A DNA stretch of 64,000 bases from Candidatus Saccharimonadia bacterium. GTDB taxonomy: Bacteria; Patescibacteriota; Saccharimonadia; UBA4664. Under the pieces are notes generated by a model. It ran no database searches, was not told the origin of the DNA, and was given only the letters and a program-made list of their open reading frames with translations. Below, one piece after another: positions 9,823 through 19,997 of the stretch (position 1 is the first letter of the stretch; every line of letters begins with the position of its first letter). The stretch lies in the NCBI GenBank assembly GCA_035479295.1, contig DATIIV010000020.1, forward strand, positions 10,027 through 74,026. The letters run 5' to 3'. A program made the translations under genes and the position numbers.

Positions 9823-10698
9823 CTATTCCTGGAGGAAGAGAGCGGTTGCTTTACGGGTAAAGTAGAGCGGCTCTTGATCGGCGCCATCTGGCTGAGCTGC
9901 TACTTGTCTGGGGAGCGAGTGACTAGTGATATCGCGAGTGTTGACCCACAAGTTGCCGAAGGTCTGACCGGCGCGAGGGTCGCCCGGGGGTCGTTGTCGC
10001 GCCAAATAGAGCGAGACGGTGCCTTCCGGCAGTAACGAACCGCGGGCGGGGGTGCTGCAGTAAGTGATGGGGTCGCCGTCGGGGTGGCCTAGCATTACCA
10101 CGGCATCTGTCAGGCCAGTCATCGGCTGAGGGAAGCCACCCGTGGAGGGGCTATGCCGGGGCTCGGCTGTCGGAAAGAACAGTCGGGCCGGATCGGCCGG
10201 CTCGTAGCTGTATAGCAACCGCGGTAGCGGCAGAGCCTGTCCGGTCGGCGGAATGGGCGCAATCAGTCGGACGAGCAGCGGCCAATCCGGATACCGTTTG
10301 GCAAACTCGGCCAGCAGCTTCTCGTTGACCGTCGGCCGCAGCCCGTGCGGCAGATTATTCGCCTTGAGCGCGGCGGCGAAGGTCTCGGGGCGGGCGTCTG
10401 CCATGGTGATGGTGCGTGTAAACTCGTCGTTCAGCTGGGGCGGCCGTCTCGGCAGATCATGCAGGCCGGGATAATGCGTCGCCGCAATGTCGCGCAAGAG
10501 GCAGGGTCCACCGGTCGGGCTCTTGAATGGTGGGCTCAGCTCGACGGTTGGCACTGGCAGAAGCAGGGCGTTAGGCTGAGCGTTGCTGGCCACCAGGCAC
10601 TCATGACCACCGGTATGCCTCAGCTCTCCGTTTGTGATGGTGGTCTGCCCAAAGTAGATCGTCTGCTTGATCTTGCCGGGCCAGAGTAGCCAGCTCAC
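9823..10698 (-). CDS. hypothetical protein
   Basis: 291-aa ORF, AGGAAGG RBS before GTG. Confidence 0.6.
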   Translation of the reverse strand: MSWLLWPGKIKQTIYFGQTTITNGELRHTGGHECLVASNAQPNALLLPVPTVELSPPFKSPTGGPCLLRDIAATHYPGLHDLPRRPPQLNDEFTRTITMADARPETFAAALKANNLPHGLRPTVNEKLLAEFAKRYPDWPLLVRLIAPIPPTGQALPLPRLLYSYEPADPARLFFPTAEPRHSPSTGGFPQPMTGLTDAVVMLGHPDGDPITYCSTPARGSLLPEGTVSLYLARQRPPGDPRAGQTFGNLWVNTRDITSHSLPRQVAAQPDGADQEPLYFTRKATALFLQE

Positions 10699-10833
10699 GT
10701 GTCGTCCTTCCTGTTGGGATCACAGCCGTACACCACCATACCATATTACCTATTTGCTGCAAGGGTCGTCGCCACAAAATCAGCCGTAGCTGGCCTTGGG
10801 TGTAGTATGATTCCTAAAAAGGAACCAACAGCT

Positions 10834-11325
10834 ATGGCTACCCCGAGCCACGACCAACAACCCGCCATCTTCGATAAAGAGATTCTGCGCTTCACCTTCT
10901 GCGGCATTGTGATCGCCAGCTTCTTTGCGGCGCTAACGGCGGGCACGAGCCTGCGCGACCTGCTTAGTCCCTATGGCAGCCAAGTTGCCACCACCGTGCT
11001 GGGGCTGGCGGCGGCCCTCTCGTTTGCCTATCTGCTGAGCGTGGCCTCGTGGCTCAAGTACAAGAGTCCACGCAAAGTCGACCGGTTTACGCTGAGCGCC
11101 AAAGTGACGCGCTTCTTTTATGACATGACGGTCAACGTTTTTGGTATTTACGTGCTGGTGCTATTGTCGCAATTCGTCATTACGCGCTGGCTGCATCTGG
11201 GTTTTCTGTGGTATCTGCTGCCATTGTACGTGGTGGTCTCGAGCGGGCTGTATGTGGTGGCGCGGTTTGGCTGGTTCTTGGTGCGGGGGTTGATAGAGTA
11301 CTACTACGACGAGATTGCTAGCTAG
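10834..11325 (+). CDS. hypothetical membrane protein (~4 TM)
   Basis: Hydrophobic segments; start at MATPS after AAGGAA. Confidence 0.65.
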   Translation: MATPSHDQQPAIFDKEILRFTFCGIVIASFFAALTAGTSLRDLLSPYGSQVATTVLGLAAALSFAYLLSVASWLKYKSPRKVDRFTLSAKVTRFFYDMTVNVFGIYVLVLLSQFVITRWLHLGFLWYLLPLYVVVSSGLYVVARFGWFLVRGLIEYYYDEIAS

Positions 11326-11419
11326 AGCGAAAAACAGCGCAAGTTGAATGGAAAATTCGTCAATTATTCGTCAGCGCGCGAAAACATGGAGGCCATACTA
11401 CGACGAGATCGCAAGTTAG
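11302..11419 (+). repeat. direct repeat of gene 3' end (YYDEIAS-stop), copies 11302-11325 and 11396-11419
   Basis: TACTACGACGAGATTGCTAGCTAG vs TACTACGACGAGATCGCAAGTTAG. Confidence 0.7.
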
Positions 11420-11479
11420 CCACTTACTTTTTAGTATAATGAGGTGAACAAGAGCCGAACTTAGTGCTATAATGATGAC

Positions 11480-12676
11480 ATGAACTTATTTGGCGAGACA
11501 AATCGACCCTTAGCTGACCGGGTGCGGCCGCAGACGCTTGAGGAGTTTGTGGGCCAGGCGCAGGTGGTGGGCGAGGGCCAGTTTTTGCGCACGCTCATTG
11601 AGCGCGGCCAGCCGACCTCGCTGATTCTGTGGGGGCCGCCGGGTACGGGCAAGACCACCTTGGCGCGCATTATTGCTCGTAGCGGCGACTACGCTTTCGA
11701 AGAGATCTCGGCGGTGACAAGTGGGCTGCCCGAGGTTAAGCGGGTGATTGAGCGGGCGCATGAGCGGCGGCGGTTGGGTCAGAGCACGCTGCTGTTTGTG
11801 GACGAGATTCATCGGTTTAATAAGGCGCAGCAGGACGCGTTCTTGCCGCATATGGAGAATGGCACCATCGTACTGATCGGCGCCACCACCGAGAACCCGT
11901 CGTTTGAGGTGATCGGGCCGCTGCTATCGCGCAGCCGGGTGGTGGTGCTAGAGTCGCTGTCGGTGGAGCAACTGGCGGCGATTATTGAGCGGGCGGCGGC
12001 CCAGCTGCCTGGCGTTGCGGTGGAGCCGGCCGCCCGGCAGCTGCTGGCCGAGCTGGCGGCCGGCGATGCCCGCATGGCTCTGGGCGGCCTAGAGACGGCG
12101 GCCGGGCTGGCCAAGGTCATTACGCCGGCCGTCGTTAAGCAGGCCATGCAAAAGCCCACCGCCAAGTACGACAAGGGCGGCGAGCACCACTACAATGTGA
12201 TCTCGGCCTTCATTAAGTCGGTGCGCGGTGGGGCGGTCGATGCGGCCTTGTTCTACTTGGCGCGCATGCTCGAGGCCGGCGAAGACCCCAAGTTTATCGC
12301 CCGGCGGCTGGTAATCCTGGCTGCCGAAGACATCGGCTTGGCCGATAACACCATGCTGCCCTTGGCCGTTAGCGCCTTTCAGGCCGTTGAGCGCATTGGC
12401 TTGCCCGAGGGCCGCATTGTGCTGAGCCAAGCTACCATCGCGCTGGCCCAGGCGCCCAAGAGCCGCGCAGCCTACGACGCCATTGCTCGGGCCCAGGCGG
12501 CCGCGCGCGAACATCCCACCGCCGAGGTGCCATTGCATCTGCGCAACGCGCCGACTAAGCTCATGAAAGAGCTTGATTATGGTAAGGATTACCAGTGGCG
12601 CCCCGGTTTTGAGCACCCCCAGGGCTTTCTGCCCGAGGCGCTTAAGGGCGAGCACTTCTACCGCGGTCCCCAATAA
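11480..12676 (+). CDS. rarA: replication-associated recombination protein A (MgsA/RarA)
   Basis: PLADRVRP, GPPGTGKTT, DEIHRFNKAQQD, ISAFIKSVRG, VPLHLRNAPT. Confidence 0.95.
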   Translation: MNLFGETNRPLADRVRPQTLEEFVGQAQVVGEGQFLRTLIERGQPTSLILWGPPGTGKTTLARIIARSGDYAFEEISAVTSGLPEVKRVIERAHERRRLGQSTLLFVDEIHRFNKAQQDAFLPHMENGTIVLIGATTENPSFEVIGPLLSRSRVVVLESLSVEQLAAIIERAAAQLPGVAVEPAARQLLAELAAGDARMALGGLETAAGLAKVITPAVVKQAMQKPTAKYDKGGEHHYNVISAFIKSVRGGAVDAALFYLARMLEAGEDPKFIARRLVILAAEDIGLADNTMLPLAVSAFQAVERIGLPEGRIVLSQATIALAQAPKSRAAYDAIARAQAAAREHPTAEVPLHLRNAPTKLMKELDYGKDYQWRPGFEHPQGFLPEALKGEHFYRGPQ

Positions 12677-12726
12677 TTCGCTCGGTGGGACTAGTACTGC
12701 AATTACGGTTATGGTTAAATAAGGCC

Positions 12727-13005
12727 ATGAAGAAACCCACGCGCAAATCAGCGGCTCGCGAGACCGACAACGCCTATTTCCTGAAGATCCTGCTCTACTT
12801 TGTCTTTGGCACGATCTGGATTAAGTACAATGGCCAGCCCATACTGCCGATCGGCCTCATTACCGGCCTCTTCTTTATCCACTCCGATCACTTCTCGATC
12901 GATCGTAAGGTTGAGTATGCCATCTTGATTGTCGCGGCACTGATGGGGCTGATGGGCTTCGGGCTGTTCTTGGGCTTCTGGGGGCCAGGACCGGGGAGCG
13001 CCTAG
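12727..13005 (+). CDS. small membrane protein
   Basis: Basic N-terminus then ~3 TM; DHFSIDRKVEYA loop. Confidence 0.6.
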   Translation: MKKPTRKSAARETDNAYFLKILLYFVFGTIWIKYNGQPILPIGLITGLFFIHSDHFSIDRKVEYAILIVAALMGLMGFGLFLGFWGPGPGSA

Positions 13006-13208
13006 TAGTCCTCCACGATGCGGCGTAAGGTTAGCGCCATTGTCCAGGTCATAAAGCCAAACTGAACCAGCGCTAAACCGCTACGTACAACGCTAAATTG
13101 AGTTGGAGTAAAACCATAGAGGAAGCTCAATAGAATATCTGCGCCCAGCAGGTAGGCTAGTTGACGACTGAATGGAGACTGAAAGAGGGTAGGGTGAGAG
13201 AGCTGCAT
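13002..13208 (-). CDS. small hypothetical membrane protein
   Basis: 68 aa, 2 TM, AAAGGCG upstream. Confidence 0.4.
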   Translation of the reverse strand: MQLSHPTLFQSPFSRQLAYLLGADILLSFLYGFTPTQFSVVRSGLALVQFGFMTWTMALTLRRIVEDY

Positions 13209-13319
13209 GAGACTCGCCTTTCTCTTGAATTAATTGATTATATTAACACCGTTGCATCTATTTGTCAATGCTTGTGCAATTTAATCGCGAAACGAAGGTC
13301 GGTTTAATCCGGCTATGTG

Positions 13320-13349
13320 TTGACAGGACTGGTCCAGATAGGCTATAGT
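13320..13349 (+). promoter_or_regulatory. promoter of rplC operon
   Basis: TTGACA-18 nt-TATAGT. Confidence 0.6.
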
Positions 13350-13478
13350 CACATGGTATTTGCACGGCATATGCGTGTCGCAATCAAAACCCAACCTAGG
13401 ACGTGGGCAGGTCTAGTTCGCTAGAAACCGCTCATAGCCTAGCGCTTATTTTTGCCAGACTTCTTAAAAGGGACGACC

Positions 13479-14135
13479 ATGAAGGCGCTTCTCGGTACAA
13501 AACTCGGAATGACCCAGCTCTTCAATGCTGATGGTAGTGTCGCCCGCGTGACGCTAATTCAAGCTGGTCCGTGTGTAGTGACGCAGGTAAAGACTATTGA
13601 GCGGGATGGCTACAACGCCGTTCAGCTTGGTTATGGTAAGGCTAAGCACCAGCCCAAGCCGCAGGCCGGTCACCTTAAGGCGGCCGAGGCCGACTCGCGC
13701 ACCATGCGTGAGATTCGACTAAAGGACGTCGACGGCGGTCATCCGCAAGCCAAGGCGCTCGTCGAGGCTCAGCAGGCAGCTTTGGCGCTGGAGGTGGGTG
13801 CCCAGCTCGATGTGAGCGTGTTTGAGGCCGGCGACGAGATTCAAGTGACGGGTGTCTCCAAGGGCAAAGGCTTTGCCGGCACCATTAAGCGTCACAACTT
13901 TAGCCGCGGTCCTAAGACGCACGGTTCGCACAACTACCGTGCTCCGGGCTCGATCGGTTCGGGCTTCCCGCAGCATGTCTTTAAGGGTATGCGCATGGCA
14001 GGCCACATGGGTCACGACCAGGTCACCGTTAAGGGTCTCAAGGTAGTGGTGGTTGATGCTGAGCGCAACATTATTGCTGTGTCAGGCGCCGTTCCTGGTC
14101 CCAAGCGCGGCACCGTAACGGTAAGAGGTTTGTAA
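13479..14135 (+). CDS. rplC: 50S ribosomal protein L3
   Basis: LGTKLGMTQ, SKGKGFAG, GAVPGP. Confidence 0.97.
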   Translation: MKALLGTKLGMTQLFNADGSVARVTLIQAGPCVVTQVKTIERDGYNAVQLGYGKAKHQPKPQAGHLKAAEADSRTMREIRLKDVDGGHPQAKALVEAQQAALALEVGAQLDVSVFEAGDEIQVTGVSKGKGFAGTIKRHNFSRGPKTHGSHNYRAPGSIGSGFPQHVFKGMRMAGHMGHDQVTVKGLKVVVVDAERNIIAVSGAVPGPKRGTVTVRGL

Positions 14136-14770
14136 TGGCAACGGCTATTTCTTATTCCAAGACAGGCAGCAAGCACGAAGCGGCGGTTAAGCTGGAGCAG
14201 GCTATCTTTGGCCTTGAGGCCAATCACGAGCTGGTCGGCCAGGCCTACCGCACCTATCTGGCCAACGGCCGCAACGCCCATCCGGCGACGCTGACGCGGG
14301 GTCTGGTAGCCGGTGGTGGCCGCAAGCCGTGGCGCCAAAAAGGCACAGGCCGGGCTCGCGTTGGCTCGATCCGCGTGCCCAACTGGCGCGGTGGTGGTGT
14401 GGTCTTTGCGCCTACCGGTAACGAGAACCACACGCTGACGCTGCCGGCCAAGATGAAGCATACGGCGCTGCGCCAGGCGCTCAGCTTGCGGGCCGCAGCC
14501 GGCGATATCGTCGTGCTAGAGTCGTTTGATTCGGCCGACGGCAAGGTTAAGGGCACCGTTGAGCTGCTCAGCAAGATGAAGCTCGAGGGCAGCGTGCTGC
14601 TGGCGGTCGAGACCAAGACTGAGCTCATCATTCGCGCTACTCGCAACCTAGCCGGCCTCAAGACCGTCGGCGCCAAGTACCTCAACGTTTACGATGTCAT
14701 GAACGCCGACAAGTTGGTGTTAACGCAGGCCGCCCTCGATGCGATCAAGGTTTGGCTGGGAGAGAAATAA
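14135..14770 (+). CDS. rplD: 50S ribosomal protein L4
   Basis: GGGRKPWRQKGTGRAR. Confidence 0.97.
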   Translation: MATAISYSKTGSKHEAAVKLEQAIFGLEANHELVGQAYRTYLANGRNAHPATLTRGLVAGGGRKPWRQKGTGRARVGSIRVPNWRGGGVVFAPTGNENHTLTLPAKMKHTALRQALSLRAAAGDIVVLESFDSADGKVKGTVELLSKMKLEGSVLLAVETKTELIIRATRNLAGLKTVGAKYLNVYDVMNADKLVLTQAALDAIKVWLGEK

Positions 14771-15051
14771 TGAGTCAGATAGTCCTTACCCCCAAGATTA
14801 GCGAGAAGGCCATGTACTTGGCCGAGCGCGGCATCTACGTCTTTGAGGTCCCGACCTCCACTAATAAGATTGAGGTCACTAAGGCCGTCGAGGCCGCTTT
14901 CAAGGTTAACGTTACCGACGTCAACATGATCGTAGCCAAAGGCAAGACCAAGCGGTTCCGCCGGGTGCTCGGTCGCGAGAAGGACGTCAAGAAGGCCATG
15001 GTTAAAGTTAAGGCCGGTCAGTCGATCGCCCTGTTTGAGGGAGCAAAGTAA
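14770..15051 (+). CDS. rplW: 50S ribosomal protein L23
   Basis: PKISEKA, NKIEV, KKAMV; operon position. Confidence 0.95.
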   Translation: MSQIVLTPKISEKAMYLAERGIYVFEVPTSTNKIEVTKAVEAAFKVNVTDVNMIVAKGKTKRFRRVLGREKDVKKAMVKVKAGQSIALFEGAK

Positions 15052-15902
15052 TGCCAGTTAAACTCTACAAGCCGACTACCCCTGGTCGCCGCGGTATGAC
15101 CTCGGCCGACACCTCGGCTATTACCAAGAAGCGCCCGGAGCGTTCACTCATCGTCATTAAGAAGGCGGGTTCGGGTCGCAACAACCAAGGTAAGATCACC
15201 GTTCGCCACCGTGGCGGCGGCGTTAAGCGCTTCTACCGTCTGGTTGATTTTGACTTTAAGTCGGTGGCCTCGGCCGTAGTTAAGGCTATCGAGTTTGACC
15301 CGAATCGCTCGGCTAACATCGCCCTGGTTCAGATCGATGGTGGCAAGCTGGCCTATGTGCTGGCTGGTTCTGGCATGAAGGTAGGCGACCAGCTCGCTTC
15401 GGGCGAGGAAGCCGCCATCCGCACCGGCAATCGTCTGCCGCTTAAGAACATTCCGGCCGGTACCCAGATCTACAATATCGAGCTGGTGCTCGGCAAAGGC
15501 GGCCAGATTGCTCGCAGCGCTGGCACCAAGGCGCAGCTGGTATCCAAGGAATCAAGCCAGGAGGGCTTTGTGCAGGTCCGCCTTCCTAGCGGTGAGGTTC
15601 GCTTGGTGCACGAAAACTGCCAGGCCACCATTGGCACCGTCGGCAACGAAGCTCACCAGAACATCAAGTACGGTTCGGCCGGTCGTCGGCGCCGTCTCGG
15701 TTGGCGTCCGCAGGTTCGTGGTTCGGCCATGAATCCGGTCGATCACCCGCACGGTGGTGGTGAGGGCGCGCAAGCCACATCAATTTACAAGTATGGCCAG
15801 AAGACCCCGTGGGGCAAGCCGGCGCTGGGTCTCAAGACTCGCCGTCGCAAGCTCACGAACGCAATGATCGTCCGTGGCCGTAAGCAAGGTAGGAGACGCT
15901 AA
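15051..15902 (+). CDS. rplB: 50S ribosomal protein L2
   Basis: GRNNQGKIT, DPNRSA, RGSAMNPVDHPHGGGEG. Confidence 0.98.
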   Translation: MPVKLYKPTTPGRRGMTSADTSAITKKRPERSLIVIKKAGSGRNNQGKITVRHRGGGVKRFYRLVDFDFKSVASAVVKAIEFDPNRSANIALVQIDGGKLAYVLAGSGMKVGDQLASGEEAAIRTGNRLPLKNIPAGTQIYNIELVLGKGGQIARSAGTKAQLVSKESSQEGFVQVRLPSGEVRLVHENCQATIGTVGNEAHQNIKYGSAGRRRRLGWRPQVRGSAMNPVDHPHGGGEGAQATSIYKYGQKTPWGKPALGLKTRRRKLTNAMIVRGRKQGRRR

Positions 15903-16175
15903 ATGAGTCGTTCACTCAAGAAAGGACCATACGTAGACGAGCGTCTGTTGGGTCGCGTGATCGCGCTGTCGGCCAACGACAAGACGGTGCTCAAGACCTG
16001 GGCGCGAGACTCAACCGTTTCGCCCGAAATGGTCGGCCGCACCATCGCCGTACACAACGGCCGCATGCACGTACCGGTCTTTGTGACAGAAAACATGGTT
16101 GGGCACAAGCTCGGCGAGTTCTCGCCGACCCGCAAGTTCCGCAACCACGGCGGTAAGCTGGCGAAAGGTAAGTAA
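15903..16175 (+). CDS. rpsS: 30S ribosomal protein S19
   Basis: [20 protein letters not shown]. Confidence 0.98.
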   Translation: MSRSLKKGPYVDERLLGRVIALSANDKTVLKTWARDSTVSPEMVGRTIAVHNGRMHVPVFVTENMVGHKLGEFSPTRKFRNHGGKLAKGK

Positions 16176-16606
16176 TGAAGACGCAAGCAACCGCAAAATT
16201 TGTTGGTACTTCGGCCCGCAAGACTGGCCTGGTCGCGGCGCTTATTCGTGGTCGCCGGGTGCTTGAGGCGCAGACCATCCTGGCCAACACCAACAAGCGC
16301 GCCATCGTTCCGGTGGGCAAGGCGCTTGATTCGGCCGTAGCCAACGCCGAGAACAACTTTAATGCCAAGGCCAAGGATCTGGTTGTAGAGAGTGTACTTA
16401 TCGGTCCGGGCCCGTCGCTCAAGCGCTCGATGCCGCGTGGTAAAGGTAGTGCCGCGGCTATTCTGAAGCGCTCAAGCCACATCACTGTAGTGGTGACCGA
16501 TGGTAAGGCAGTGGCGACACTATCTTCGGCTAAAACGGCGGCCAAGACCGAAGCTAAAGCCGAGCCGACTACCGAGAAGGTCGCTAAGAAAGAGGAGGCC
16601 AAGTAA
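16175..16606 (+). CDS. rplV: 50S ribosomal protein L22 (K/A/E-rich C-terminal tail)
   Basis: SARK, SAVANA, KRSSHITVV. Confidence 0.95.
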   Translation: MKTQATAKFVGTSARKTGLVAALIRGRRVLEAQTILANTNKRAIVPVGKALDSAVANAENNFNAKAKDLVVESVLIGPGPSLKRSMPRGKGSAAAILKRSSHITVVVTDGKAVATLSSAKTAAKTEAKAEPTTEKVAKKEEAK

Positions 16607-17232
16607 TGGGTCAGAAAGTAAATCCGCGCAGTATGCGCCTCCAGATCGACCGCGATTGGCAGTCGCGCTGGTACGCCGATAAGGACTACGCCACCTTCTT
16701 GATCCAGGATCTCAAACTGCGCGCCGCCGTGCAGAAGAAGCTATCAAAGCGAGCTGGTGTAGCGCGTATCGACATTGAGCGCTCGCCTGGTCAGCTGGTG
16801 GTAACGATTCACACCTCCAAGCCTGGCGTGGTCATTGGTCGCGGCGGCACCGGCGCCGAGGAGCTCAAGAGCATGCTCTCGAAGCTGGCCGGCGGCCCGG
16901 TCAAGGTCTCCATCGAAGAGATTAAGAAGCCAGAGACCAACGCGCAGCTGGTCGCCGACAACATTGCCGGTCAGCTAGAGCGCCGTATTGGCTTCCGTCG
17001 CGCCATGAAGATGGCCGTCGAGAATGCCATGAAGAGCGGCGCCCTGGGCGCCAAGGTTACGGTGGCCGGTCGCCTCAACGGCGCCGAAATGGCCCGTCGC
17101 GAAACCGTCAGCCAGGGCAGCATTCCGTTGCACACGCTGCGCGCCGACATTGACTACGCTAACGGCTTGGCTCGCACCACCTACGGCGTCATCGGCGTTA
17201 AGGTCTGGGTGTATAAGGGCACGAAGTTTTAG
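16606..17232 (+). CDS. rpsC: 30S ribosomal protein S3
   Basis: MGQKVNP, PGVVIGRGG, PLHTLRADIDY. Confidence 0.98.
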   Translation: MGQKVNPRSMRLQIDRDWQSRWYADKDYATFLIQDLKLRAAVQKKLSKRAGVARIDIERSPGQLVVTIHTSKPGVVIGRGGTGAEELKSMLSKLAGGPVKVSIEEIKKPETNAQLVADNIAGQLERRIGFRRAMKMAVENAMKSGALGAKVTVAGRLNGAEMARRETVSQGSIPLHTLRADIDYANGLARTTYGVIGVKVWVYKGTKF

Positions 17233-17241
17233 GAAATCGCT

Positions 17242-17667
17242 ATGTTACTACCCAAGAAAACCAAGTATCGCAAGCAAATGAAGGGTCGCCTCCGTGGCGA
17301 GGCTTCGCGCGGCACCGAGATCGCCTTTGGCCAGTTTGGGCTCAAGGCTGAGACCGGCGAGCGCATCACTTCGCGTCAAATCGAGGCCGCCCGACGCGCC
17401 ATGACTCGTTACATTAAGCGTGGTGGCAAGGTCTGGATTCGCATCTTCCCCGACACGCCTATCACCAAGAAGCCGGCCGAAGTCCGCATGGGCTCGGGCA
17501 AGGGCGCCGTCGATCACTACGCTGCCAAGGTTCGTCCCGGTCGGATCATGTTCGAGATGGATGGCGTAACCGAAGAGGTGGCCAAAGAGGCTATGCGTCT
17601 GGCCGCCCACAAGCTGCCGGTTCGCACTCGCTTCCTGGTGCGCGAAGTACCCGGAGAGGTTGAATAA
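17242..17667 (+). CDS. rplP: 50S ribosomal protein L16
   Basis: [18 protein letters not shown]. Confidence 0.98.
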   Translation: MLLPKKTKYRKQMKGRLRGEASRGTEIAFGQFGLKAETGERITSRQIEAARRAMTRYIKRGGKVWIRIFPDTPITKKPAEVRMGSGKGAVDHYAAKVRPGRIMFEMDGVTEEVAKEAMRLAAHKLPVRTRFLVREVPGEVE

Positions 17668-17876
17668 TGAAACTCCAAGATATTACCAAAAAGACCGACG
17701 CCGAACTGGCCGAGCTGATCATTACGACGCGCTCTGAGCTGGCCAAGGCTGTTATTGAGAGCCGGACCAAAGAAATTAAAGACACCAAGCAGTTAGGTCG
17801 CCTAAAGAAGACCATCGCCCGCGCGCTTACCATCGCTCGCGAGCGCGAGATTGCCAAACTGGAGGCAGCACAATGA
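17667..17876 (+). CDS. rpmC: 50S ribosomal protein L29
   Basis: Size, position, KKTIARALT. Confidence 0.9.
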   Translation: MKLQDITKKTDAELAELIITTRSELAKAVIESRTKEIKDTKQLGRLKKTIARALTIAREREIAKLEAAQ

Positions 17877-18124
17877 TTCGCACCCTGCACGGAACAGTCG
17901 TTTCCGACAAGATGGACAAGACGGTGGTTGTGGCGGTTAACACCGTTAAGGAGCACCCGAAGTACCGCAAGAAATATAAAGTAACCACCAAGTTTAAGGC
18001 CCACGACGAGGGTAATACTTGCCAGATCGGTGATCTGGTGGAGATCACCGAGACGCGTCCGCTCAGCCGTGACAAGCGCTGGCTGGTGGCCCGCAAAGTA
18101 ACCGCCAAGGAGATGGAGGCGTAA
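17873..18124 (+). CDS. rpsQ: 30S ribosomal protein S17
   Basis: [22 protein letters not shown]. Confidence 0.97.
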   Translation: MIRTLHGTVVSDKMDKTVVVAVNTVKEHPKYRKKYKVTTKFKAHDEGNTCQIGDLVEITETRPLSRDKRWLVARKVTAKEMEA

Positions 18125-18125
18125 T

Positions 18126-18494
18126 ATGATTCAGGCTGAAACCAGACTCAAAGTCGCCGACAACACTGGCGCCAAGGACTTGCTCTGCATCAAGGTGCTG
18201 GGCGGCTCGCGCCGTCGCTACGCCGCGGTGGGTGACATCATTACCTGCAGCGTCAAAGCCGCCATTCCAGGCGCGGGTGTCAAAAAGAAGGACATCGTGC
18301 GGGCAGTCGTTGTGCGCACGATCAAAGAGACCAAGCGTCCCGATGGCTCAAGCATTCGCTTCGACGAGAACGCGGCCGTGCTCATCAACAAAGACGGGCA
18401 GCCTCGTGGTACTCGCATCTTTGGGCCGATCGCTCGTGAGCTGCGCGATGGTGGGTATATGAAGATCATCTCGCTCGCGCCGGAGGTATTGTAA
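18126..18494 (+). CDS. rplN: 50S ribosomal protein L14
   Basis: [22 protein letters not shown]. Confidence 0.98.
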   Translation: MIQAETRLKVADNTGAKDLLCIKVLGGSRRRYAAVGDIITCSVKAAIPGAGVKKKDIVRAVVVRTIKETKRPDGSSIRFDENAAVLINKDGQPRGTRIFGPIARELRDGGYMKIISLAPEVL

Positions 18495-18868
18495 TGAAAC
18501 TCAAGCGCGAAGATAAGGTGATTGTGCTAATTGGTCGCGACAAGGGCAAGACGGGCACCGTAACAGCGGTTATGCCGCGCGCCAACCAGGTGGTTGTCGA
18601 GGGCGTCAATGTGGCTAAGCGCCATACCAAGCCATCACAGAAGCAGCCGCGTGGCGGTATCCTCGAGATCACTAAGCCGATCGACGCCTCCAAGGTAATG
18701 GTGCTTGATCCGCAGTCCGGTAAGCCGGCTCGCATCGGTTACACCATCAAGGCCGACGGCACCAAGGAGCGCGTCTTTAAGGTCAGCCGTAACCACGATG
18801 GCAAGAAAACTAAGAAGGCCGAGGTCACCAAAGAGGCCGATAAGGGTGACAAGGCAGGTAAGAAATGA
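18494..18868 (+). CDS. rplX: 50S ribosomal protein L24
   Basis: [13 protein letters not shown]. Confidence 0.96.
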   Translation: MKLKREDKVIVLIGRDKGKTGTVTAVMPRANQVVVEGVNVAKRHTKPSQKQPRGGILEITKPIDASKVMVLDPQSGKPARIGYTIKADGTKERVFKVSRNHDGKKTKKAEVTKEADKGDKAGKK

Positions 18869-19410
18869 CACGTTTTAAAGAAACATACCAGAAAGTAGCC
18901 GTCCCGGTGCTCAAGGAAGAGTTCAAGTACACCAATCCTCACCAGGTGCCTCGTATTACCAAGGTGGTGGTGAGTGCTGGTGTGGGTCGCGCAGTCAGTG
19001 ATGCTAAGCATCTGGACGCCGCGGCTGAGACTCTGGCTCGCATCACCGGCCAGCACCCGGTCGTAACGGTGGCGCGCAAGAGCATCGCTTCGTTCAAACT
19101 GCGCGAGGGCAACAAGGTTGGTACCACCGTGACGCTGCGGGGCGCTCGGGCCGAGGAGTTCCTGGATCTCTTGGTGGCGGCCGTGCTGCCGCGTATCCGC
19201 GACTTCCGCGGCATCTCGGACACCGCTTTTGACGCCAACGGTAACTACTCGTTGGGTCTGAATGATCAGAGTATCTTTCCGCAGATTCCGTTCGACGAGG
19301 TTGGTGCCGTGCATGGGCTGCAGGTCAATGTGGTAACCACTGCCAAGTCGCCCGCCGAGGGTAAGCGGCTGCTTCAGTTAATGGGCTTTCCCTTTAGGAG
19401 GAACGCGTAA
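18865..19410 (+). CDS. rplE: 50S ribosomal protein L5
   Basis: [21 protein letters not shown]. Confidence 0.98.
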   Translation: MTRFKETYQKVAVPVLKEEFKYTNPHQVPRITKVVVSAGVGRAVSDAKHLDAAAETLARITGQHPVVTVARKSIASFKLREGNKVGTTVTLRGARAEEFLDLLVAAVLPRIRDFRGISDTAFDANGNYSLGLNDQSIFPQIPFDEVGAVHGLQVNVVTTAKSPAEGKRLLQLMGFPFRRNA

Positions 19411-19595
19411 TGGCGCGATTAGCTATGATTATTAAAGCCGCGCGCAAGCCGAAGTTTTCGACCCGCAAGGTCAATCGCTGCAAGGTTTGTGGTCGACCGC
19501 GTGGTTATATCCGTAAGTTTGGCCTCTGCCGTATTTGCTTCCGTGAATTTGCCTCAAAAGGCCAGATTCCGGGTGTGACAAAGGCTAGTTGGTAA
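19410..19595 (+). CDS. rpsZ: 30S ribosomal protein S14, Zn-binding type Z
   Basis: 61 aa, CKVC...[13 protein letters not shown]. Confidence 0.95.
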   Translation: MARLAMIIKAARKPKFSTRKVNRCKVCGRPRGYIRKFGLCRICFREFASKGQIPGVTKASW

Positions 19596-19606
19596 GGAGT
19601 ATAAGC

Positions 19607-19996
19607 ATGTTTTTCAATGATTCAATCGCTGATTTGCTCACTCGAATTCGCAATGCCGCTACGGCGCGCAAGGCAGCCGTGGTCATGCCATACTCCAAGA
19701 TGAAGGAGCAGGTGGCGCGCATTCTCCAGGCCAACGGCTACCTGGCTGAGGTTCAAGTGGCCGAAGCCGGCGGCTTTAAGAGCCTTGAGCTCACGCTGCC
19801 CGAGGATGCCGCGGCTATTACTGCGCTGGTGCGGGTCTCCAAGCCTGGCCGCCGCGTGTATGTCGGCGCCAAAGAGATTCCGGCCGTGCTCGGTGGCCGT
19901 GGTCTGGTGATTCTGTCGACCTCCAACGGTGTCATGAGTGGCCGTGAGGCTCGCAAGGCCAACCTCGGCGGCGAATTAATCTGCAAGGTGTGGTAA
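19607..19996 (+). CDS. rpsH: 30S ribosomal protein S8
   Basis: IADLLTRIRNA, SKPGRRVY, GGELICKVW. Confidence 0.97.
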   Translation: MFFNDSIADLLTRIRNAATARKAAVVMPYSKMKEQVARILQANGYLAEVQVAEAGGFKSLELTLPEDAAAITALVRVSKPGRRVYVGAKEIPAVLGGRGLVILSTSNGVMSGREARKANLGGELICKVW

Positions 19997-19997
19997 G

